Assembly (NCBI GenBank): GCA_964035545.1
Contig: OZ037769.1
Span: 496,001 to 560,000, forward strand
Direction of reading: 5' to 3'
Length of the DNA stretch: 64,000 nucleotides
Source: Bugula neritina
Taxonomy: Eukaryota; Animalia; Bryozoa
Within the stretch, counting starts at the first letter, position 1. The number at the start of each line of letters is the position of its first letter. Position numbers and translations under genes: made by a program. The notes beneath the pieces were generated by a model. The model was not told where the DNA came from. It was given only the letters and a program-made list of their open reading frames with translations, and did not search any database. This document shows, piece by piece, positions 53,775-64,000 of the stretch.

Positions 53775-56700
53775 TATTAGGCTGACTAAGTAATCAAAGT
53801 GGTGCACTAAGCTTAAATTATGGAACATATGGTAACTGTAAGTTATCTGTAGCCATAATCTATAATTAAGCAATCATGCATCAGATTTCAACTTGAAAAA
53901 ACAATGTTTAGTACTTAGCCATAAAGTAATAAATGATGTGTTTGTTGGTATATTTTTCAGCAATTTTATTCTAAAAAGTAAAATTTGTCATTTTACAACC
54001 TAAAACACAGTGTCATATATGCATCATGGTGCAATCAACAATGCAAATTAACATAGAAAGATGCAATCGAAACAAAAAAGTGTATCACTATGCAGTGTTT
54101 CCGGGACACTTTTTAACAATATTTTATCATTCTTGAGAATTTAGCTGCTTGCTATTGGATTATATTTAAAAAGACTCTAGTTTTTGAATTTTTATATAAA
54201 ACCAGAAAATTTTGGCTGCTTTCAAATTATAAAAGACTTTATAGATCAGTGACATGCAATAAAATCAACTTTGTGTATTATAAGGTATGCAATAAGAGTA
54301 TCTAATATTAAAATTCCAAACCTAAATTAAAATAAGATACACACACAAACTTTTCTGCCTAAGGCTCCAATGATTTGAAGTCTATCATTAATAGCAACCC
54401 TTCAAAGTATTGTACTTGAAATTCCCAAGGTTTTAGAAATTATAAGAAAAAACTTTTTCTGTGATATAATGATTTCAAAATATAAAGGGTAAAATTTTTA
54501 AATGTCAGACCTAGTTAAAGAATGAAGCACGTATGTTAAGTTTTTGCCATGTCAAACTCGTTATCCAATATTTATGTTCTCTAAATATAGTTCTTTTTAG
54601 CCAATGAAAATATGGCTAGCAAAACAAATACTTATATACATTGCAAAGTGCTTTATTTTAGGCAGGATTTACTTTGCTAATTATAGTGACAAACCTGGTT
54701 TGTTCAAAGTTATCCATATATATCAACAGCTATACATAGGAGTTAATCTGTCAGTTTAAATAGATTTCCCCTGCTAGCTTGACCAAACATTTACTTTTTT
54801 GCTTTAAGTAGAAATTCCCAAACTTTGAACTAGCTAAGCCATACATGGTTATTGTGAAAAGATTGCATGTACCTACTCCATTTACTATTTTATCTATTGC
54901 AGTAATTTCACTAAAAATTGTGTTCAAATATTTTAGTTTGCTACTAGTCTTAACTAACAACGACAATTGAGAATTTCTAGTATGACAGAAACTTTTTAAA
55001 TAAATATAATGCTTCCTCTTTGAGTAAATGAAGATTAGAGAATACAAACAATGGAAAATTTCATTCTCGTAGCATCATCAACAGTACATGGCAAATGAAG
55101 ACCAGAAAGCATAACAATAAAATAGACAGCCTATTCTTATCCTCTCACCTTGACTGCCTCCACAGGCCAGTGACACCAGTATAATAAACTGCTTGTCACC
55201 AACTTTACCAATATCTTTACTGTATTCACTTAACACCATTCTCTCTTCTGCCAGTCTTTCTCTAGAACTTCCTCCATGTTGTCAGCTGAAAGGTTCGATA
55301 CTCCTCTTTGAATATCAGCCACCAACTCATCTTGCTGTTTTAAATATTAGAAGAGTTTTGATTAATCATGTTTTTTTATATTGAAGAAGTGTTGAAATAT
55401 CAAAAGGGTACTCAAATAACAAAGTTGCTGTGAATAGTTCGTATACTGCTGCAAAAATATGTAAACTTGCTAAAACTATATATTATTAGCATTTAAACAA
55501 AACTTCTATATTTATAGTAAAGGTGCGTGTTAATATTGTATAAGTTTCCTTTAGCACAAATTTGTCCCAGCTTATTAAATTTTTACTCATTCATTTTTAC
55601 ACCTATAATAACATGTGTGAACTTATAGACAAAACTACTATATACTGCAGATGCTACAATTTTCAGGTTAAATGGAAAACTGCAAATGTTATAATAGGCC
55701 TACCATGAGTGTAAGAATTTATAAATAATCACTAAGCAACGAAGTCAATGAGTTGTATATGAGAAATTACTAGACTCAACATGTCAGCCTAAGAAATAAA
55801 GTAAGCTATAAGTAGATACTACCAGTATACTATAACTTTTTAATTCTCTCATCACTAATTTGTTGATTTGCCTAGTCTAAGCTGTTACCATTTTCCCAAT
55901 TCATCACTGCTTTCCATATTTTTCATTAATTTATTGAAGCAGGTTAATCCAATGAAAGCATATGCAACCAAAGCCAATTACAAATATATTTGCGGCAATG
56001 GGTGAACAAAGTGTATCGCTACATGTTTTATCACAAAGAGGCTTCGCAGCTGCCAACTATAGAGGTTTGAGTGTTGGCTTAGTAGATTTGAAGTTATGGG
56101 CTCGATTCCTAGTAAAGGTCATTGGAGATGTTATAGGATTAAGAGTATCCAGTCATATATATTGCTTCTGTGCTACATTTGAATAAGCTTTTAGTTTACT
56201 TTAAAAACTCCTTCTCTTAGGAGTTTCTCACGCAGATATGGTGACTATATATAAACTCTCTCAATCATTTATTATATCACAGAGAGACTCAACAAGGCAC
56301 CTAAATGTAGCTATATAACTACTGCTTTACTTTTTGCTGCAAGTATCAATTGCATTGATTATTCAGCATGTTTTATCCGAGTGCTATAGCAACAAACTTT
56401 CTTTAAAAAAATTTGCAAACAATATAGTTTTTAATTTTCATTCAATTGCAATTATGTTTATAAACCATTTTGTTGAAAACAATGCCTAAAGCATTGGTGG
56501 CTTAGTCGCTGGCTTCGAAGTTATTGTTCAAAATATTTTATGGGTTAGTAATGTAAATCAGAAACTATAAGAGAGAAATCTGTCAGCACTGTTAGAAGCA
56601 AAGCCTTTCTCCTACCTCAAACTCTATTACCACTGAGATTCTCACGGAATGGAGAGATTGAATAAATAAGAATATTTTACCTATTCAGCAGATCATACCT

Positions 56701-57409
56701 TTTTCTCTAAGAGAGTGATATATTTCTCTTTTTGAACTTTCCAGCTGGCATATTTTCTTTTATATCTTTGAAGAAACTGTTCATCATAATCTTCTGTGGT
56801 GTGTGATGTTTCAGTTTTCAGGCACTTTGTTTCTTTTTTGCACCTGTAAAAGTATAGTTATGTAACTTTTACTATCTATTATACAATAATTTTAGTTTGT
56901 CTTCCAAATTAGTTGTTAACATGTTATACTTTCAAAACTGTAATATGAAGTATTAAAGTTATGTGCAAGTTAAAATTATATTCTTGGAGTAATTTGTTCA
57001 TGCGTTAGAAAAAATTATCTTGACTTATCTGAAATGATATCTGATAATACTTTTTCTGAGATATTTGCATTGAGGCATGAAATAATTCTATACTTTGCAG
57101 AGTAGAACTTTTATTTGAGTTACGGAAGTCATAATTTTTATGAAATTCTCAAGTTATGGGAAATTTTAACCTCTACTTCAGGTGTGAAATACAACAGTGC
57201 CATATAATACAATGTAAAATAACTTACTTGTAGCATAAAAACAGTAGACAGGATGTGCAGAACATATCAATATGTCTTTTACACTTTCCAGATTGACACT
57301 TCTCTCCATCATCTGAAAAATTAGTTTTAAATGATAAAACAATTATGAAAGTTATCATCAATATCAATGTTTTACACAACATAATATGCTCCTGTACTCC
57401 TGTACTACT

Positions 57410-57410
57410 G

Positions 57411-57446
<36 letters not shown>

Positions 57447-58288
57447 AAAACACACACACTCACACACACACACGCACACACGCACGCACACACGCACGCA
57501 CACACGCATGCACACACACACACACACGCAAACACACACACGCAAACACACGCACGCACACACGCACGCACACACGCAAACACACACACATACACACAAT
57601 CAAGCACACACACACACGCAAACACACACACGCAAACACACACACACAAGCAAACACACACACGCAAACACACACACACACTCTTACACACACATACACA
57701 CATTTGCAAACACACACACACGCAAACACACACACACACACGCAAACACACGCAAACACACGCAAACACACACATACACACGCAAACACACACACATACA
57801 CACACATACACACACATACACACACACACGCAAACACACACACAAGCAAACACACACACAAGCAAACACACACAGACAAGCAAACACACACACAAGCAAA
57901 CACACGCACACACTCTCACACACACACACACGTACACACACACGCAAACACACGCAAACACACACACATACACACACATACACACACATACACACACACA
58001 CAAACAGCACACACACACACACAAACACAAACACACACACACACACACAAGCAAACACACACAGGCACACACACTTTTTTATAGAATTACATCTTTGCTG
58101 GTGCATATAAACGTTGCATAACACACATGCGCGCACACACACACACACACACTCTCTCACACACTCTCTCACACACACACATACACACACACACACACAC
58201 GCTCTCTCACACACTCTCACACACACACACTCTGTCACACACACATACACACGCACATACGCACACACACAAACACACACACACACAT
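57410..58288. repeat. Degenerate (CA)n-rich compound microsatellite in a TRIM intron
   Basis: Seen directly; recurrent acacgcaa variants. Confidence 0.95.
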
Positions 58289-61200
58289 TACCTGCCAAAT
58301 GATAATCTTTAAGAGCATCGGCCAGCTGCTGTATATCTCGCTGTAGATCAGAAGTTATTCTACAAACTGGGTATGACTGAGCAGAATATTCTGTTAGTCT
58401 CTCTTTACAGAAAGGGCAGCAATTGTTTAAACTCCTTAATATTGTATCTGCAACAGAATTGTATTATTATTGGCAGCAATTATGAAATAAAGCTTTTATT
58501 CGATTTCTTTACAGCCAATAGCTCTGAAAGTAAAAAATCTATACTAGAAGAAAATAATTCACATAAATATTACAGAAAATATAAACTGAATACTTTAGAG
58601 TAAAAACTCAACACACATGTTAAGTGAGCTAGTCAACTCTTACTTAATACAATAAACATAAATTGTTTATGATTTTAAATTAGTTGTACTGCCTATAGAA
58701 TAGAACTATCTATCCCTGTTGATTAAGCAGCCCAAATTGTTAGGCACGCTATTATCTAAACTCAAATGCATTAATACACTAGAAATATGATTATGAATGG
58801 TTATATAATAAATGTTTGAATATTTTAACCATAAACAAAGTCAACAGACCTAAGCATGGAGCACACATCATATGCTGACAAGGCAGCAATCTCAACTCTC
58901 TCACATTTGTACAGATTCCACATTCCACTGTGAGTTGGAAAGCTTCAATGACTTTGGTTCCTGCTGACTTAGAACCAGCATTTGATGCCATCTCTCTATT
59001 CTAAAAGATGAAAAATCGCTCGAAATATAAAATTAGGATACATTATCTGAACTTTGCAATTTTTTCTCATCTGTTTATAAGTGAACATGTGAGCTGTAGA
59101 AAAAGAATGATTGACAATGATTTATCAATTCTATAACTATATATAATATAGGCTGAGCTTTTCTTGTTATGCCTACGATAGCGCTTATATTATGATTTAT
59201 AAGTTTCTTTTATAGATTTGATCGACTACATAGTTGTAGGTAAACTCTTTTCAATGTTTACAAAAACTGTCAACTTTAAAACAAAATTTAATTACAAAAT
59301 ATAAACACATTAAAACACATGTCAATGAAGAATAACATACTGAATAATCAAACAGCTGATATAATAAATATATGTAAACATTCACCAGTTCATCTGACAT
59401 TAGTTTATATAATAAATATAGAAGAAGGAATTTCTGTTATAGTCTAACCACTGAGCTACATAACTGCCTGGGCAGTATGACTGACAGCCCGTAGCTCTGC
59501 ACACTGCTGGTTTATATACCTAATATATATACAAGCAAACTTTCCGCATGTTGCAGGAATCCAGTTCAGTGAAAAAGCAGTTTGGTTTCACCATCTAATA
59601 CTATCATGCAAGTTGGCAGTAGTTCTATAGAAGATGATATACAGCTAGTCAAGTTTGTTAGTTTTTATGCCTGCATTCATCACTAACTGACAAAGTTATT
59701 GTACTATGTATGTTATATATGAGAATATATACATGCTGCTATAAGGAACTAAGTTAAACATGCTGCACTTTAATGACCAACTTCATTTTACCACCTTAAG
59801 TTGACCAAGCACAGCTAAGTCACTGTAAGCTATTCTTTAGTTTTAATTATTGTATTTTTGGTTAAATTTTACACACAAAGCCTCTAAAACTTTAAGAAAA
59901 TTTAAAAATACTAGCACAGCAAGTTAGCTAAAGAAACATGATTTGCCATTTTCCAATTTATTGATTAGACAACTTCTGATATTAAACAAATAATGGAGCA
60001 TTGCAAATTTCAACAGCTACAAGAACAGTGCATAGCAAATAAAAGGCAATGCAAATTTAACTTTGTGTCATGACTTATAGCTTACACGTGAACATTACTA
60101 TATAATAGCAAAGCTATAGTCAGCTCATGTTCTATGTAGAACCATCTCAATATTAAGTAAAACCTAAACCATAAATACCTTTGATCTATAGAGTCATAAT
60201 AGCTAATCTCTTCAAATTTCCATCCTCCTTGTCTCTCAGCTAGCTGCTTTGCCTAGCCATCACTACAGTTGAATGATTCACTGCTTATAAAAAGAGGACA
60301 GGAGACAATAATAATCATAATGTAGTAATAAACACTGAGCTAAAAGAATGCATCTGTTTCCCATCAGTCTGTCCCTTAATAACACTTTATTCTAACAGAA
60401 TACTTAACCTAGCAGATCATGTAGAGTTTTTCAACTGTCTGGTGTTTATCCTACGTGCAAACTGCATATACTCATCTAACTGTTGTTTAAACTCAAGTTT
60501 TTAAAGTTTTGACATCGTCTCACTCTAAATATGTATTATATAAACAACTTTCTATGTATGAATTAAACAGCTGGATCAAAATGATGTCAACAATTTATAT
60601 TGCGTGATAGGACATGTCTAGCTTTTTAATTGCATTATTTCTAAAAAAGTTTTCAAAGTATATATCAGTCAAAAACCAAACCTGATCTAAATTTAGATTA
60701 TTTAAAAAATTTTTTAAACGCTTTATATCTTTAAAATCCATTCATGAATTATTATTCATGAAGTAAAATCAGACTATAACATTATTTTGCATGTTTACAA
60801 TGTATAGATTAATGTGCAATCATCTTTGTGTTTAGAAAGGTTTATGAATGTCTGACAAAGTGATTAACCTGCTTAGCTAATCTTTTTGAGATAAATTAAA
60901 AATAAAAAGCACAAACAAGTATTTGCATTTATAGTTGGTAAAAAACCTACCTAACTGTTGTATGTCTCCCAATATGTTAGTTAAGCTAGCTGTATCAAGT
61001 TCATCATTTCAGCTATAAGTTGAACTTTAGCTGATAAACTAGGACTTAAACATAATGATAATAAATGAATGAGTTAGCAGACTTCAATTTATACTTCTTG
61101 ATTATTTGATGTCGATGACGAATTCCAAAGAAAAATTGTAAAAGGAACGTAGGTTAATGGCTTCAAGTTTAAATTTTATGAAAACACTTTTTATTGGCGA

Positions 61201-62528
61201 GAGATTTTTGTAAGAAAATGGGTAACTAAGTAAGGAATAAATCTCTGTATTAACAACCCACCAGCCTTGAAGACACATTTTTTCAACCAAGATAAACTGT
61301 TTACTGATAGCAACACAAAGGAGTTCACTGCGATTGAGTTATTTGGCTAAATCATGATAATACTATTCAATGTAAAGTTGTTTTTTATTTAAACTCTCTC
61401 CAGTTGAATATTTATATTAAATCACCAATTGATAAGCTTTTTAGAACATGCTGTTGGTGTGGAACATTCAGTTATTGTAAGTTTTCTTAGCTGTATATAT
61501 CAAACAGTTTTTTAACACAGCTACATGCTATATTGTTCAACTGCTTTGCATTGAAATGCACATGTGTTGCAACATTTATATTATTCTACTTCATTATAGA
61601 AAAGCAAAGTGTTTTATTTCAATGTGCATGGGCTACTTGTTGTAAAAACCAAAATATTTGCTAATAGTATTTTTAATATAATATATTATAATTTTTCCTA
61701 TCTAATTTTGATACTGCATGCATGGCTGGTTGTAATTGTAAAATGTGTATTTTGGATTTTTGTGCTATAAATTTAAATTAGCATAATTGCTTTTAGCCTG
61801 ACCACACAAAAGCTATGCAACAAGAGAATTTGTATCAAATAATTTCTGTAAATTCAATCGTGGCTATTATATCACATCAAGTAGTGCTCCGGTACAAATG
61901 TACCAAGAAATATGTATCTGAGGCTGCTATACTAATTTACTATATTATGAATTGATTTATTATTTGTATAACTTCCTATAAATGAAAAGTGTAATTAACA
62001 GTATAATATATTTATTTGATGAGAAAGAAATAAAACATAATCATGATAATGCTGATCAATTAATAAACTAATAGAGAAATCTTAAGTGCCTCATTGTTTT
62101 GAAAGAATAAAGAACCTTTATGCGCAAAAAGAACCTCCTTTCATTTATTCGCAAAAAAACATTATTTTATTGCAATAATAACATAAAGGGTTTCTAGTTT
62201 GACGAAGTTATGTTACTCTCTGCTTGGTCTATATTGAAGCTAATTACTTGTGCAGTACCCTGACTTTACACATACTTTACTTATTGCTCTCTATATAAGA
62301 TAAACTAACAGCTGAACATACTGTAGTATATACTGTAGAATAGTTAGCATTTCATCAATACAACTGCTTACAATAACATGTCTCACAAATTTTAAAACAG
62401 TTTATAAAATGGCCATAGGAGCTAGCAATTGAAGAAGTATAAAAATCTTCTAATTGTTTTGATAATTTAAGAGTAGATACCACCCATCGTAATTTATACC
62501 ACACGTTATTTAAAGAGAAGACTACTCT

Positions 62529-62668
62529 TCATTTGACAGTAAATTTCAAAAGTCCTGAGCTCAGAGCTGCCCCCCATAATTCACCATTTAATAAATATAT
62601 TCCTGTGAGAGAATCTCCATTAGGTAGTTGAGTGAGCTTCTCATGATGTACTTCCTGTTTGAACTCAC
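62529..62668 (-). CDS. Terminal exon of a second TRIM-NHL-like paralog (rest of gene beyond the window)
   Basis: 140-nt exon GEFKQEVHHEKLTQLPNGDSLTGIYLLNGELWGAALSSGLLKFTVK*, homologous to 50831-50970 including the adjacent intron. Confidence 0.7.
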
Positions 62669-62774
62669 CTATAGTAATAATTAGTTGGGTATATAATCAT
62701 ATATAGTATACCTTGATGAAGAGTGTATGTGTTATATACATGCTGCAGTTTTCAGTTCTAAACTGTTAACTATA

Positions 62775-62775
<1 letters not shown>

Positions 62776-62818
<43 letters not shown>

Positions 62819-64000
62819 ATTGTATCGTGAGATTTTTAAAAAACAGCGATAAAAAAGTGCTCAAATTATTATGTGTATAATAATGAGCAATTATATTATT
62901 GAGGAAAAGAGCAATTTAATTATATAGATGTTGTTTTATTGTACTACTAATAGTTTCATGCCTCTTCGGCACTCCTCAGGCACAATATTGACAAATTTAA
63001 ATTTTTACATTAAGAAAATCAAAATGCTAAACACAAGGTAAAACGTAACGAAAACATAGCAGTGGCTGTATTGTTATATAGGTTTGTAGGTGTAAATTAA
63101 TATATAAAAACCATAATGTAATGTAAAAACATAATTTATAGCAGATGCATGAAGTTTTTGTTGGGTGACTATTCTCTATGGGTATTTGTATATTATTTAC
63201 TATAGTACTTAAAATATAAATAGGCTACAGAGTTTCTAGGTTTTGTGGTTGCACGGTAAGAATTTTTTTGAGTGTCGGCAGGTTGATAAGAGTTCGTTTC
63301 GCTTGTTTAAAGTACACATGTTAGGTTTGTATAAAATAAAGAAACATTCCCATAGGCATAAATTACACCTTTTGGTAGTTGTGTTGTATGGTTTCGCTTT
63401 TCTTAATATTTTCCAGCTTATGTTGTGCTTAATGTTTTTGTTAGTTAGTTGCCAAATGTGTTTGCTAAGTTCTGTTTGATTTCCTTTCTCCTTGTTTTTA
63501 AATGATGATCTGTGGTTTGCGTATCTTAGTTTGAACGGTCCTTCACTTAGGCCAATGTATGTTGCAGGCTCGTTTTCGGTAGTTTCCACAGTTGCTTGGT
63601 ATATAACTCTGCTCTCCTGGCAGCTTCCTTTCAGCGGACAACTTTCTTTTTCTCTACAGTTGCAGTTCTTTCTGGGGGTTTTGTTTTGTTGCTTCTGTTT
63701 CTCTAATAGTCTGTTATTGTGGGCATTTATGGTCTGTTTTATGTTTGGCATGCAGCTGTAGCTAACCTTTATAGTGTTTTTGTTGATTATTTTATAGAGT
63801 GGGTGTTGTTTTGGAAATTCCTCATTCATGATTTTAAAGAAGATTTTTGCAATTCTTGTGGTTACATGTTGGCTGTATGGTGGATTGTACCAAACAACTT
63901 TTCTTTTTCGGTTTCGAGATTTTTATTGTGTGTTGTTTGTTTGGGTTCTTGGTAGGAATTGTAGTTGGTGTTTGTAGCCACTTTGGTTTAGGAGGTTTTG
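62776..64000 (-). mobile_element. Penelope-like retroelement (RT thumb and GIY-YIG endonuclease, Naiad/Neptune-like), degenerate, runs off the window
   Basis: RKRKVVWYNPPYS..FP..HPLYKIINKNTIKVSYSCMPN; CNC..CPLKGSC; VIYQATV..YIGLSEGPFKLRYANH; CNLCLWE..LNKRNEL..CRH. In-frame TAA at 63923-63925. The 3' non-coding part carries a hammerhead and ends at (TA)n. Confidence 0.88.
62937..62987 (-). ncRNA. Type I hammerhead ribozyme in the Penelope-like element's terminal region
   Basis: Reverse complement tattgtgc-CTGAGGA-gtgcc(gaaga)ggcat-GAAA-ct(att)ag-TA-gtacaata: stems I, II and III all pair, with a GUA cleavage triplet. Confidence 0.85.

Larger units (their letters stand above)
50831..58991 (-). 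pseudogene. TRIM-NHL-like gene (RING, B-box, coiled coil, beta-propeller), frameshifted
   Basis: Approximate exons 58991-58850 (ECGIC..LLPCQHMMCAPCL), 58402-58292 (YPVCR, RING Cys to Tyr), 57312-57228 (B-box CQSGKC..FCTSC..LC), 56823-56699, 55334-55150 (+1 frameshift near 55259), 52001-51304 (propeller repeats VYVSDPDNKQLCVYS, LLISDCLANRVHRL, KNPRSIALD spread over three frames), 50970-50831 (terminal exon). Confidence 0.75.

Noticed and set aside
57224-58312. His/Thr- or Cys/Val-rich ORFs
   Set aside because: Degenerate CA microsatellite. Only 57228-57312 is a real exon (B-box).
59000-62500. Possible gene or transposon between the two TRIM copies
   Set aside because: I found no consistent exons, terminal repeats or recognisable motifs.
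63923-63925. Selenocysteine read-through in the Penelope-like ORF
   Set aside because: The in-frame stop is TAA, not TGA, so it is simple decay.

Overview
AT-rich, intron-rich animal genomic DNA (invertebrate-like; the species cannot be established from the sequence). Most ORF-track entries are exon fragments or microsatellite artefacts, so I rebuilt the genes by hand from GT-AG splice sites and reading-frame phase. The window holds a cluster of cell-surface and signalling genes. Gene A (157-1841,+) is the 3' end of a dual-domain receptor tyrosine phosphatase (RPTP). Gene B (4649-13273,+) is a non-catalytic receptor: signal peptide, 2 F-type-lectin-like domains, 4 FN3, TM, and a Tyr-rich tail with a canonical ITAM plus ITIM-like motifs. 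Gene C (14399-32570,+) is a complete 31-exon RPTP with the same 13-exon ectodomain as B, an intact D1 and a pseudo-D2. Genes D (33692-38130,+) and G (42170-49443,-) are convergent paralogous FN3/sushi receptors with PPxY tails, flanking two intronless MS4A/CD20-like four-TM genes (E, F). A decayed TRIM-NHL gene and the last exon of a second one follow. Mobile DNA includes tRNA-derived SINE-like copies, a 1.7-kb hAT element with an 8-bp TSD, a Penelope-like GIY-YIG retroelement carrying a hammerhead ribozyme, and a perfect ~206-bp palindrome made of two inverted hammerhead ribozymes. The best candidate for a new system is a paired-receptor locus: an ITAM receptor and a phosphatase share one lectin/FN3 ectodomain whose predicted ligand loops differ in clusters.
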